A stretch of 60,808 bases of DNA from an uncultured Pseudomonadota bacterium (GCA_949295005.1 CASFJL010000004.1:1-60808); one strand, 5' to 3'; positions 19,645 through 29,805 are shown, counted from the stretch's first letter. Numbers and translations are program-made. Notes: generated by a model not told the origin, from the letters alone.

Positions 19645-20757
19645 TTAACAAATTTTAGAAATAAGATAATTTACATCTTCTTCACTTAAATCTTCACCGG
19701 CAGAACCATAAGACAAAATTCTTTCAATAACTTTATGAGCAAAAGACTTACTATCATTTTTCTTATAATCCATTCTCATTTCCTTAATGATTTTCAAAGC
19801 GCTAAACACCGCCGGAAACATAGATTTTGGAATATAGGCTTTTCTTAATAAATTTCTGACCATAAAGTCCATATTATTGCTGAATAAAATTTTTCTCACT
19901 TCCATAATCGGCGTATTAGATAAATAAACCAGTGCATATTCAAAAAACTTCAAGTCACCAATGCAAATTGAGCGAACAACCAAAGAAGAGGTTAATCTGT
20001 TTGAGGTATATAATTCATGAATTAACTCTTCAATTTTTTTATCAGAGCTATATTCTTCAGAAATTTTCAAGGTAGTTTTTTCTTTAACTTGCTCCACAAT
20101 ATCACAAGCAATATCATTTGGCAGATTATGAGTTAAGACCAAATGTTTTAAAAGTTCATCAGATAAAGTATGAATAATTTTTTCAATAATAGAGACCGGA
20201 AGCTCAGAACGATAGACCATGTTTTTCTTAATACTTTCACTTTCCGGAAATCTTCCAATAATCACATCAAAAGTCTTTTCCTTAATATTTGCACTTTCGT
20301 TAGAAACCAAAACCCCAACAATATCTTCCGTACATTTTTCTGCAATATAATGAGAAATATCTTCAGACAAATTTGCTCTCATAGCAACAGCTTTTTGTTT
20401 ATTGAAATTTTGAGAATCAATAATACTTTTAATGTCATCATCAGACAAATCTGCATAATATTTTATAAAAGGAATAGAAACAGAGTCAATATCATTAACC
20501 AAATTTACAACAATATCTTTAGGTAGATTGCGGCTGTTTTTAAGGCTTTCAGATAAAGCTTCTCTGACTTTTACTTCCACATCTTGGATCAAGATTCTAA
20601 AAATATCTTCAGCCAATTGCAAGGCTTGTCCGGAAATAGACTGACTTTGATATAAAGACGCAACTTTCTGTGCAGTCACAGATCTGTTTTCTGCATTTGG
20701 ATTTTGGGAGAGCTTTGTGATGTCATTTTTACTTATTTTATTATTCATTGAACCCAC
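19645..20757 (-). CDS. DUF2336 domain-containing protein
   Basis: DVEVKVREALSESLK..NLP....LVNDIDSVS.P, AVAMRANLS pattern typical of the alphaproteobacterial family. Confidence 0.75.
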   Translation of the reverse strand: MGSMNNKISKNDITKLSQNPNAENRSVTAQKVASLYQSQSISGQALQLAEDIFRILIQDVEVKVREALSESLKNSRNLPKDIVVNLVNDIDSVSIPFIKYYADLSDDDIKSIIDSQNFNKQKAVAMRANLSEDISHYIAEKCTEDIVGVLVSNESANIKEKTFDVIIGRFPESESIKKNMVYRSELPVSIIEKIIHTLSDELLKHLVLTHNLPNDIACDIVEQVKEKTTLKISEEYSSDKKIEELIHELYTSNRLTSSLVVRSICIGDLKFFEYALVYLSNTPIMEVRKILFSNNMDFMVRNLLRKAYIPKSMFPAVFSALKIIKEMRMDYKKNDSKSFAHKVIERILSYGSAGEDLSEEDVNYLISKIC

Positions 20758-20800
20758 CTAACCTTCAACACATTATAACATTGTTTTTCCTAATATTTTA

Positions 20801-21739
20801 TTAATTTTTTATGACATCTGCTTTTTTTATTTGCAAAGGGAGCTGATAAACAAGCTTTGATGCATCTATATTCACCATTTCATAAAATGTTATGGTATAA
20901 TCAAGCAAACCAATAAAATTGTTTTTAGGAGAATACAAAACAAAAGAACTGGCCAAAGAGCGCCCGTCAATAATTTTTCTCCGATAACGCATATCTGCAC
21001 GCAAAACCTTCATAGAGTCATAATTCAAATTAGAATTTATTTTTATGGCAAAAGAGAGCATACTTTCATATAAGGAAGAAAATTGTTTTATCCGATAAGA
21101 CAAATCTTCTTTTTCATCTTCAGGAATCAAACCCTGATTAGAGTTCCATGCAATTTCTCTATAAAGAGCATTTCCTTCCTGAGCCAAACGAGAACTTCCC
21201 CAATTTGTTTCAATTGCGGCAATACCAATCAAAATAGAAGGAGGAATAACATCGATTCTTTCAAGAAGTTTGTTAATAATTCTTTCTATGCGTTCTTGCC
21301 CTTTTAGTCTGGTAAAAAAGTCATATTTTTCAGCTGTTTTTTCCAACCAAAAAATTTGTTTATCATCAAGTTTATTGTTTTTGATATATAATTTTTGAAT
21401 TTCTAAAAGTTGATATCTCTCTTGCAAAATTGTTTCATTCACTTTCAAAGCAAGAGGAGACAAAATCTGAATAAAAAGCTGATTACGCTCATTTTCATCT
21501 TTAACAGAAGAAAAATCTTCGGGAAGTCTGGTAAGAAAAATTGCCGGAATTTGGTAATTATCTTTTGGGATATAAGCAAAATAATTATTTTGTTTATATA
21601 TTTTTTTCAATTGAGAAACGCTAATTTTATCAAAATACAATCCTTCATTTTTTTGAGGCATAACCCCTTTTTCTGAATAAGCATTTTCAATATTCAGAAA
21701 GGAGAAAACAAAACAAAAAATGAAAGCAATATATTTTAT
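20801..21739 (-). CDS. Glucosaminidase-domain (Bax-like) cell-wall hydrolase, probable non-ATG start
   Basis: RIDVIPPSI..GIAAIETNWGSSRLAQEGNALY; the frame extends 26 codons above ATG 21661 and encodes a signal peptide. Confidence 0.75.
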   Translation of the reverse strand: MKYIAFIFCFVFSFLNIENAYSEKGVMPQKNEGLYFDKISVSQLKKIYKQNNYFAYIPKDNYQIPAIFLTRLPEDFSSVKDENERNQLFIQILSPLALKVNETILQERYQLLEIQKLYIKNNKLDDKQIFWLEKTAEKYDFFTRLKGQERIERIINKLLERIDVIPPSILIGIAAIETNWGSSRLAQEGNALYREIAWNSNQGLIPEDEKEDLSYRIKQFSSLYESMLSFAIKINSNLNYDSMKVLRADMRYRRKIIDGRSLASSFVLYSPKNNFIGLLDYTITFYEMVNIDASKLVYQLPLQIKKADVIKN

Positions 21740-22296
21740 GATTTTTCTCCCTCTTTTTTTGGACTAATGCTCTTAACTTCTTTAACTTCGGGAATATATG
21801 CTTTAAGAGTTTTTTCAACGCCTTCTTTTAATGTAACCAAAGCATAAGGACAACCGGCGCAATTTCCCTGCATTTCGACATAAACAACACCTTCCTCAAA
21901 ATGCCGAAAAACAATATCACCACCATCTTGTTTCACGGCCGGACGAATACGCGCATCTAACAATCCTTTAATTTTTGCAACCACGTCCGTTTCATCAACT
22001 TTATCAGACCAGTCCACAAGCGTTTCTTCTCCCAACGAAATATGGTCCAATATTTCAGCCAATATTTGAGGTTTCAAATCATTCCAATCATATTGAGGCA
22101 ACTTGGTAACACAAATTAATTCATCGGTAATAAAAATAGACTTTATACCGCCAATATCAAAAATTTTTTCAGCCAGAGGAGATTTTCTTAAAGATTTTGC
22201 ATCAATAAACTCAGCTTTTCCCGCTTGCAACAATTTTACGGGAGGAAAAAAATTCATCACATCTTTATCTGTTGTCTGTTGCGTATCAATGCGCAT
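21736..22296 (-). CDS. NifU/Nfu family Fe-S carrier (Nfu_N + NifU domain)
   Basis: SPLAEKIF, RIRPAVKQDGGDI, GNCAGCP, TLKEGVE. Confidence 0.92.
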   Translation of the reverse strand: MRIDTQQTTDKDVMNFFPPVKLLQAGKAEFIDAKSLRKSPLAEKIFDIGGIKSIFITDELICVTKLPQYDWNDLKPQILAEILDHISLGEETLVDWSDKVDETDVVAKIKGLLDARIRPAVKQDGGDIVFRHFEEGVVYVEMQGNCAGCPYALVTLKEGVEKTLKAYIPEVKEVKSISPKKEGEKS

Positions 22297-23308
22297 TTTT
22301 ATCCCTCTTTGTTTGCAACTTTAAGACAATATTTTTATTCAAACTTTTGGCTTTTTCCATATAATAAGCCAAGTATAATAAATGATTTGCAGAAATCAAG
22401 CTGTTTAATTCTGCATTACGAATGTATAAAGCATCTAAATTCACGGCATTTTCCAAGGCTTTCAAACTTTTGGTCCATGCAACATAAGCATCATATTGCA
22501 CCAAAATATCTTTATAATCATAAGCCAACGCTTGCAACAACAAAAAATAAGCATAAGCTTTTCCCTGATTATAATAAAACAAGTTATCAGCCTTAAAATC
22601 AATCCAACCGGCACTTTCTTCCCTGATTTGATTATCTAATTCTTGAATTGAGGCACCAAGACTAAGATTAATTTTTTTCAATACAAAAGCCAAATCTTCA
22701 GGTCTTTTATAAAAAAATTGTTCGTCTTTTATCAAAGCTTGATTATAAGCAAGCAAACTTTTTCTGGCTTTTCTATACTGAGTATTTGCGGATGGAACCG
22801 GAGCAAAACGGTTTTGAGGAGAAAACATCCAAACTGTGCCGTCATATTTTAATAAATATGCTGCTTTTTTTAAATTTGTATTTTCATTTTTATTTTGAAT
22901 AGGCGTATCAATTCTTTTTTGCAAACTATTTATCACCAAAGAAGTTGCATTCATCATTCCAAGCTGAAAACTTGGCATATTATCCAAAAAGTAAGATGGA
23001 TAAAAAAACGGAGAATTTGCGGTCCAAAGCTTTTTATTAACTTCTCGATTAATAATATAAGATGCCATATCAACCGTAGCTGATTGTTTTGAATCAGCTA
23101 ACTTAATTTCATATTCGGTATTTTTATCAATATGATGAACAAACCATCCGCCCAAAGGATAATACAGCGCAACAAACAAAACAAAGCCGGCCAACAAAAA
23201 ATGCCACCACGAACTCAAAAAACGAAGAAATTTATCAAAAGAAAAGTTTGTTTTATTTACTTTTTCTTGCAATAAACTTTTTATATTATCAAAGTATTTT
23301 TTTAACAT
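22286..23308 (-). CDS. DUF2333 family protein
   Basis: N-terminal TM segment; W.ANSP.F....LDNMPSFQLG, ADNLFY..QGKAY, NHL. Confidence 0.75.
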   Translation of the reverse strand: MLKKYFDNIKSLLQEKVNKTNFSFDKFLRFLSSWWHFLLAGFVLFVALYYPLGGWFVHHIDKNTEYEIKLADSKQSATVDMASYIINREVNKKLWTANSPFFYPSYFLDNMPSFQLGMMNATSLVINSLQKRIDTPIQNKNENTNLKKAAYLLKYDGTVWMFSPQNRFAPVPSANTQYRKARKSLLAYNQALIKDEQFFYKRPEDLAFVLKKINLSLGASIQELDNQIREESAGWIDFKADNLFYYNQGKAYAYFLLLQALAYDYKDILVQYDAYVAWTKSLKALENAVNLDALYIRNAELNSLISANHLLYLAYYMEKAKSLNKNIVLKLQTKRDKNAH

Positions 23309-24884
23309 TTTTACGGCTCTTTTGAATAAATATTTTCAAAATTTCTTCCAAGCTTCTGACTTTAAATACTTTAGCTGCAATCAAAAAACTTGCAAGACCT
23401 AACAAGCACAAACCCACAAGAATTAAAATTTTTTGCCAATAAATCAAGTCCAGCCAATTTTGACAATAAGAATGAAGATTTTTTTGTGCAAGTAAAAGAA
23501 TAACGCCCATAAATAAAGAGCTCAAAATAATTTTCAAAAATTCTTTTACAAGGACAAAATCTATTTGCCAATAATTTCTTTTATACAACCCTCTCAAATA
23601 TTGATATAAAGAGACATAAGATGCCAAAGAAGTTGCCACGGCAACTCCCACATGACCAAAAGGCTTCATTAATAAAAGAGAAAAACACAAATTGGCAATA
23701 AAAACAATTATACTATATTTTACCGGTGTTTTGGTATCTCCTCTGGCAAAAAAGTTAGGTGTCAACGCTTTAACCAAAACATATGAAGGTAACCCAAAAG
23801 AATATGCAATCACAGCCAAAGAAGTCATTTCTGTTTCAAAAGAACCAAATTTTCCGTGTTGGAACAAAATATTAACAATTGGAGTACTTAAACAAATTAA
23901 GGCAACCGCAGACGGAATAGCCAACAAAGCGCCATATTCACAAGCTTGTGTCTGAATCCGCTTTGCTTCTTGTATTTTGTCTTCTTTAATATGTTTAGAC
24001 AATATGGGTAATATCGCCACGCTAATAGCCGCTCCCACGACACCTAAAGGAAGTTGTTGGAGTCTATTGGCATAATAAAGCCAAGATATGGCTCCGGCAC
24101 CAACCAAAGAAACAATAATAGTATCCACAACCATATTTATCTGATAAATTCCGGCGCCCAAAATTCCGGGAGTGATTCTTTTAAAAAGAGTTTTGATTTC
24201 GGGATCTTTCATAATTTTTGCAATTGATTTTTGCGGATAAATAACCACATCTTGTTTTTTTAGGAAATAAGCCAGCCATATAATTTCTAAAAAACCGGCA
24301 AAGGTCACACTAAAAGAAATACCATGAGCAGGAGTCAAGCCAAAGGGAACAAAAATAAAAACGGCAATAGTCATCATAATATTTAAAATGACCGGAGCAG
24401 CCGCCGGCGCAGCAAACTTGCCCAAAGAATTAAGTATACCTGATTGAAAAGAGACAATAGATATAAACAACAAAAAAGGGAATGTTATTCTAGACAAATC
24501 AACGGCCAAATCAAAAGCTTGCAGATTTTTAGGAAAACCGGGAGCCATAACCTGAACCACATAAGGCATCAACACTTCCATAAACAACACAAAAACAGCC
24601 AAAATAACTGTTAAGGCAGAAATTGCTTTTGCTGCAAACAACACAGCTTTATCCTTACCTTCAGCAGATAATTTTTGCGACACCATCGGAACAAAAGCAG
24701 ATGTAAAAGCCCCTTCCGCAAAAAGACTCCGGAACAAATTTGGCAATTTAAAAGCAATAAAAAAGGCATCGGCAATAATACCAGCACCCAAAAATCTTGC
24801 CAAAACCATATCCCGAACAAATCCGGTAACGCGGCTAAGGAGTGTAAAACTGCCAAAAGTGGCTATTGATTTAAATAAAGACAT
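23289..24884 (-). CDS. murJ: Lipid II flippase MurJ
   Basis: SRVTGFVRD, AFKLPNLFRSLFAEGA, YYANRLQQLP, FFARGDTKTP. Confidence 0.96.
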   Translation of the reverse strand: MSLFKSIATFGSFTLLSRVTGFVRDMVLARFLGAGIIADAFFIAFKLPNLFRSLFAEGAFTSAFVPMVSQKLSAEGKDKAVLFAAKAISALTVILAVFVLFMEVLMPYVVQVMAPGFPKNLQAFDLAVDLSRITFPFLLFISIVSFQSGILNSLGKFAAPAAAPVILNIMMTIAVFIFVPFGLTPAHGISFSVTFAGFLEIIWLAYFLKKQDVVIYPQKSIAKIMKDPEIKTLFKRITPGILGAGIYQINMVVDTIIVSLVGAGAISWLYYANRLQQLPLGVVGAAISVAILPILSKHIKEDKIQEAKRIQTQACEYGALLAIPSAVALICLSTPIVNILFQHGKFGSFETEMTSLAVIAYSFGLPSYVLVKALTPNFFARGDTKTPVKYSIIVFIANLCFSLLLMKPFGHVGVAVATSLASYVSLYQYLRGLYKRNYWQIDFVLVKEFLKIILSSLFMGVILLLAQKNLHSYCQNWLDLIYWQKILILVGLCLLGLASFLIAAKVFKVRSLEEILKIFIQKSRKNVKKIL

Positions 24885-25015
24885 TTTATTAACCTGATTT
24901 TGTTTATTTATTGAATTTTAAGTATTCTATTATATAAATATACTTAAGGCGAGAAAAAATCTCAGGTTATAAAATGAATTTAACTTTTATTTTGTGCTTT
25001 TTTTCCGTTTTCGGG

Positions 25016-25044
25016 TTGACAAATAAAAACAAACTTGCGATAAT
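25016..25044 (+). promoter_or_regulatory. Sigma70-type promoter
   Basis: TTGACA-17 nt-GATAAT. Confidence 0.65.
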
Positions 25045-25084
25045 AGACAAAAGATAATAAAAGTTCATTTTAAGGAGAAGTTTT

Positions 25085-25345
25085 ATGAGTGATGATTTGT
25101 TAAAAAATTTTTTTGCAAAAGGCAAAGTAAAAGCCTTTCAAAAAGAAGGTGAAGATCTGTCAAAAACAGCCAAACGTGTAGCATTTAGCCGTTTTTCTGA
25201 TTTTTTGAGCAAACCTGTCAAAAACATTTCAGGGAATGATGAATTTATCAACACTTGCAAACAAATTGCAAAAGAAATGGGAATTGAAATCAAATTTTCT
25301 CCCAACAACATGCAAAATATAATCAGCAAAGGCCAAGAGCGCTAA
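25085..25345 (+). CDS. Small hypothetical protein, LPD7-like motif
   Basis: AAGGAG RBS, own promoter and terminator; ISGNDEFINTCKQIAKEMGIEIKF. Confidence 0.75.
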   Translation: MSDDLLKNFFAKGKVKAFQKEGEDLSKTAKRVAFSRFSDFLSKPVKNISGNDEFINTCKQIAKEMGIEIKFSPNNMQNIISKGQER

Positions 25346-25388
25346 TTTTTTTGTTTTTGAAGACTTCTCCATTATGTTAATAAAATTT

Positions 25389-25412
25389 CCCTTCCTTTCG
25401 GAAGGGTTTTTT
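25389..25412 (+). terminator. Intrinsic terminator
   Basis: CCCTTCC / GGAAGGG plus T6. Confidence 0.8.
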
Positions 25413-25478
25413 GTTGCTTTTTTTTATAAGACATGATAGTTTTTTGTCTAACAGTAAAATTATTAAATTTTTTATATT

Positions 25479-26711
25479 ATGAACACACAAGATTATTTTG
25501 AAAAAAAGAAACAAGAAACAACAAAAAGTTTTGCGTTTTTTATTGAACGTGTTGCGCATGGCCCAAACACTCCGTATGGAATTGACTTTGCCAAAAAACA
25601 CTGTTTAGAAGATGTAACAATTGTTGTATTGCCTGGAACAACATCAGGAAAAAACGCTCTTAAAGAACATAACGGCTTGTTAAAAAGAGTAGATGATTTT
25701 GTTTTTCAATCTCATTCTTTTTCCAAACAAAATGTTCATGTTTGTTGTGCTGTTTGTCATTATGGAAATGCTTTTGATTCTGATGTAGCAAGAAAACTTT
25801 TGCATTTATATTACACAGAAAACAAAACATATCAGCAATATATGGAAGTAATGGAAGAACAATCCAGACAAGAATATATTATGCCTCAATATGTAACAGA
25901 TATTTTTAATGAAATTTTTTATCCGAGACTTTTTGATGAAAACAATCAATTTCTTCCTTTCACAAAAGCCTTGAATCGGATTCGAAAATTAATATTTGTA
26001 ACATTTTGTCATGGTGCGTACACAATGATAAAATTGGAAGAGAGCTTGTCAAAACAGCTTTCAACAAGCCCATACTCACCTTCACAAATAGAAAATTTAT
26101 TAAAAAGTCTGGTTGTTTTGGCATATTCTCCAGATTGTCCGCTTGGCCTTTCACAAATGCAATTTATATCTTTTGCATCTGCAGCAGATTTAACAATCAA
26201 GCATGACAACGGCTTTATTGATTATGTTCATCGAGGTCTCTTTGTTGAAGATTTTGGCTTGTGTTATCTGCCAAAAAAATATGGAAATGTTTTTTACTGC
26301 GCTCAATATTCTCAAAATGGCGTAGAAGGAAACCCTCGTGTGTTGCAAAGAATAGACCCTGAAGAATGGTATAAAAATTTGCATAAAGATTCTGCAGAAG
26401 AACAAAAAGATTTGCACATTTCAGAACATGGTTTTTTAGGATTTATTCCCCATGCAAAAATGAGCAATGCCGCAATAAAAATGCAGCAAATTGGTTGTAG
26501 AATATTAAAAAACGCAATTTTAAACGCCATTTCAAAAGATTATAAAACTCTTTCAACATTTGAGCTTTCCGCTTCAAAAATAGAAGATGAATTAATTTTC
26601 TTAAAAGCAAAAATAAAAGGAGGTATTCTCTTATTAAAAAAAGCTTTATGGGAAAAGAACCCTCAGAAAAAAAGCTTTGCTTCTAATGTGAAAATTGCAC
26701 GCATAGATTAA
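25479..26711 (+). CDS. Hypothetical protein, possible alpha/beta-hydrolase fold with Cys elbow
   Basis: 410-aa ORF; VVLPG, FVTFCHG, FISFASAAD and SEH appear in hydrolase order. Confidence 0.75.
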   Translation: MNTQDYFEKKKQETTKSFAFFIERVAHGPNTPYGIDFAKKHCLEDVTIVVLPGTTSGKNALKEHNGLLKRVDDFVFQSHSFSKQNVHVCCAVCHYGNAFDSDVARKLLHLYYTENKTYQQYMEVMEEQSRQEYIMPQYVTDIFNEIFYPRLFDENNQFLPFTKALNRIRKLIFVTFCHGAYTMIKLEESLSKQLSTSPYSPSQIENLLKSLVVLAYSPDCPLGLSQMQFISFASAADLTIKHDNGFIDYVHRGLFVEDFGLCYLPKKYGNVFYCAQYSQNGVEGNPRVLQRIDPEEWYKNLHKDSAEEQKDLHISEHGFLGFIPHAKMSNAAIKMQQIGCRILKNAILNAISKDYKTLSTFELSASKIEDELIFLKAKIKGGILLLKKALWEKNPQKKSFASNVKIARID

Positions 26712-26740
26712 AAAAAGGTCGGAAAATTCCGACCTTTTTT
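26711..26740. terminator. Bidirectional terminator
   Basis: AAAAAAGGTCGGAA / TTCCGACCTTTTTT. Confidence 0.9.
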
Positions 26741-26747
26741 ATTTTTA

Positions 26748-28568
26748 TTATTCAGCAACATCAATTTTTTGACGTTTACGTTGCAACGGATCCAAAATAC
26801 GTTTTCTCAAACGCAAACTCTTAGGTGTTACTTCCAATAATTCATCTGCTTGGATGTATGACAAACCTTGTTCCAAAGTAATTTTGCGTGGAGGAATAAG
26901 GTCAATGGCATCGTCTTTTCCGGCTGCACGAATATTGGTTAATTGTTTAGATTTTGTCGGGTTAACTTCCAAATCATTTGGTTTTGTGTGTTCACCAATA
27001 ATCATCCCCACATAAACAGGTGAGTTATGTTCAATAAACATCGGACCACGGTCTTGAAGTTTCCACAAAGAATAAGCCACGGCTGTTCCTGCTTCTGAAG
27101 AAATAAGAACACCGCAACGACGTCCTTCAATTTCTCCTTTATAAGGTTCATATCCTTTAAAGCTGCGGCTCATCACACCCGTACCTCTGGTATCGGTCAA
27201 AAATTCAGAGTGATAACCGATCAAACCGCGAGAAGGAGCATTAAAAATCAAACGAACTTTGTTACCGATTTGAGAAGGAATCATATCTGTCATTTCCGCA
27301 CGGCGAGAACCTAATTTTTCAACCACAGTACCGGAAAATTCTTCATCCACATCAACAACAACTTCCTCAACCGGTTCCAACAAGTTTCCATTTTCATCTT
27401 TATGCATCAACACACGCGGGCGAGAAATAGATAATTCAAAACCTTCACGGCGCATGGTTTCAATCAAAACGCCCAATTGCAACTCACCACGACCGGCAAC
27501 TTCAAACGAGTCGGTAGATTCTGTGCGAGAAATTTTCAAGGCGATGTTTCCTTCAGCCTCTTTACACAATCTATCCCAAATCATACGAGAAGTTACCTTA
27601 TCGCCTTCACGACCGGCTAAAGGAGAGTCATTAATTGAAAAAGTCATCGCCAAAGTCGGAGGATCAATCGGTTGAGCCGGAATGTGCTTTTCAACTTCAA
27701 AAGCACAGATGGTATCGGCCACCGTACCTTTAACAACACCGGCCACGGCAATAATATCTCCGGCATGAGCCTCTTCCAAAGCTTCTCTGTTCAAACCGCG
27801 ATAAGCCAATATTTTGCTGATACGCACACGTTCAACTTCTTTATCTTCAGCATTTAAGACTTTAACGGTGTCATTAACTTTAAGTGTTCCGGATTGTACT
27901 TTACCTGTGAGCAAACGACCAACAAACTTATCTGCTTCCAAAGTAGTAGCCAACATTGAGAATGGTTTATCCGGTTCGCATTTAGGTTCAGGAACATAAG
28001 AGCAGATGAGTTCAAACAAAGGTGTTAAGTCTTTTTTCTCATCATTCATATCTTTAACAGCCCAGCCGTTTCTGCCAGATGCATATAATACAGGGAAGTC
28101 TAATTGTTCATCATTAGCATTTAAGCTGACAAACAAGTCAAAAATTTCATCCAAAACTTCATCAACACGAGCATCGGGTTTATCAGCTTTGTTAATAACA
28201 ACAATGGGTTTTAAGCCGAGTTTTAATGCTTTTCCGGTCACAAATTTGGTTTGCGGCATGGGGCCTTCGGAGGCATCTACGAGCAAAACAACACCATCTA
28301 CCATAGATAAAATACGTTCAACCTCACCACCAAAGTCAGCGTGTCCGGGAGTATCTACAATATTAATATGTGTACCATGCCAGTTTACGGATGTACACTT
28401 TGACAAAATGGTAATACCTCTTTCACGTTCCAAATCGTTACTATCCATAACGCAGGTTTCAACTTTTTGGTTGTCTCTGAAAGTACCACTTTGTTTCAAA
28501 AGCCCGTCAACCATTGTAGTTTTACCATGGTCAACGTGAGCAATAATGGCAATATTTCTCAAATTCAT
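26748..28568 (-). CDS. typA: Translational GTPase TypA/BipA
   Basis: NIAIIAHVDHGKTT, ERERGITI, DTPGHADF, GRGELQL, EVTPKSLRLRK. Confidence 0.98.
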   Translation of the reverse strand: MNLRNIAIIAHVDHGKTTMVDGLLKQSGTFRDNQKVETCVMDSNDLERERGITILSKCTSVNWHGTHINIVDTPGHADFGGEVERILSMVDGVVLLVDASEGPMPQTKFVTGKALKLGLKPIVVINKADKPDARVDEVLDEIFDLFVSLNANDEQLDFPVLYASGRNGWAVKDMNDEKKDLTPLFELICSYVPEPKCEPDKPFSMLATTLEADKFVGRLLTGKVQSGTLKVNDTVKVLNAEDKEVERVRISKILAYRGLNREALEEAHAGDIIAVAGVVKGTVADTICAFEVEKHIPAQPIDPPTLAMTFSINDSPLAGREGDKVTSRMIWDRLCKEAEGNIALKISRTESTDSFEVAGRGELQLGVLIETMRREGFELSISRPRVLMHKDENGNLLEPVEEVVVDVDEEFSGTVVEKLGSRRAEMTDMIPSQIGNKVRLIFNAPSRGLIGYHSEFLTDTRGTGVMSRSFKGYEPYKGEIEGRRCGVLISSEAGTAVAYSLWKLQDRGPMFIEHNSPVYVGMIIGEHTKPNDLEVNPTKSKQLTNIRAAGKDDAIDLIPPRKITLEQGLSYIQADELLEVTPKSLRLRKRILDPLQRKRQKIDVAE

Positions 28569-28662
28569 TCAAGTATCTTTCTTTTATTTTATTATTTTTG
28601 ATTAAAATTCATCACTAAAATAGCAATTTTAATTTTAAATACAAGAACTTAATGCATATAAA

Positions 28663-29685
28663 TTAAGCTCTTAAACCATATTCAATTAATTTTTTTCTGA
28701 CAAAGCCACGCAAAGAAACCTCCGGTCTTGCGCCATAGTGAGAAATAATTTCAGAAGCGGCAATACTTCCGATAATAGCACAAGTTCCCAAAGAGCGTTC
28801 TTGAATGATACCATATAAAAATCCGGCGGCATAAGAATCTCCGGCTCCGGTAGAATCAACGACATCAGAGACTTTTTCAGCCTCAACAAAAGTAATTGTT
28901 CTGCCATTAACAACAACAGAGCCTTTTTCACTACGGGTAACGGCAGCAATTTCAATATCAGATTTTATTAATTCCAAAGTATGATAAAGGTCTTGTTCTT
29001 CAAACAAGTCTTTAATTTCTTCTTCATTACAAAACAAAATATCAACATATTTTTTGATAATTTTTTTAAATTCCTGACGGTGACGATCCACACAAGATTT
29101 ATCAGATAAGCTAAAAGCAACTTTGCGACCATGTTTGTGTGCCAATTTGCAAGCTTTAATCATAGCCTTTTGCGCACTATACGTATCCCACAAATAACCT
29201 TCCATATAAATAATTTTAGCTGCTTTGATAATATTTTCATCAATATCTGCCGTAGACAATTTTTTTGCCGCGCCCAAATAAGTAAACATAGAGCGTTCGG
29301 CGTCTGGGGTTACCAACACAATACTTCTTCCGGTAACAGGACCTTCATTTAAGGTTGGAGTATCAAAGTCCACACCTGCGGCACCGATATCTCTTTTGAA
29401 AAGTTGCCCCAACTCATCATCATGAACTTTTCCGATAAATGCGGGAGAACCACCCAAAGAAGCCAAACAAGCCACCGTATTTGCGGCAGAACCACCGCAA
29501 ATTTCTCTTTCAGGAACCAAATCCTGATAAATTTTTCCGGCATCAAGAGCTTCAACCAAAGTCATGCTTCCTTTGGTCAAGTTTCTTTCCGTTAAAAAAC
29601 CTTCACCGACTTTGGCCAAAACATCAACAATTGCATTGCCAATTCCAACAACGTCATAATAGGTGTTATCTGATTTTGTGAGCAT
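28663..29685 (-). CDS. PfkB-family nucleoside (adenosine) kinase
   Basis: GIGNAIVD, GGSAANT, EGYLWD, DSTGAGDSYAAGF. Confidence 0.88.
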   Translation of the reverse strand: MLTKSDNTYYDVVGIGNAIVDVLAKVGEGFLTERNLTKGSMTLVEALDAGKIYQDLVPEREICGGSAANTVACLASLGGSPAFIGKVHDDELGQLFKRDIGAAGVDFDTPTLNEGPVTGRSIVLVTPDAERSMFTYLGAAKKLSTADIDENIIKAAKIIYMEGYLWDTYSAQKAMIKACKLAHKHGRKVAFSLSDKSCVDRHRQEFKKIIKKYVDILFCNEEEIKDLFEEQDLYHTLELIKSDIEIAAVTRSEKGSVVVNGRTITFVEAEKVSDVVDSTGAGDSYAAGFLYGIIQERSLGTCAIIGSIAASEIISHYGARPEVSLRGFVRKKLIEYGLRA

Positions 29686-29767
29686 TTTAAAAAATCCAAT
29701 AGTTAAACTTACTTCTGTTATTTAATACACTTTTATTAATTCTGCAAGGCAAAATAAAAAAAATAGA

Positions 29768-29793
29768 AAAGGCTTCTTTTAACAGAAGCCTTT
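29768..29793 (-). terminator. Intrinsic terminator
   Basis: AAAGGCTTCT / AGAAGCCTTT. Confidence 0.7.
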
Positions 29794-29805
29794 GATTTAA
29801 TAAGA

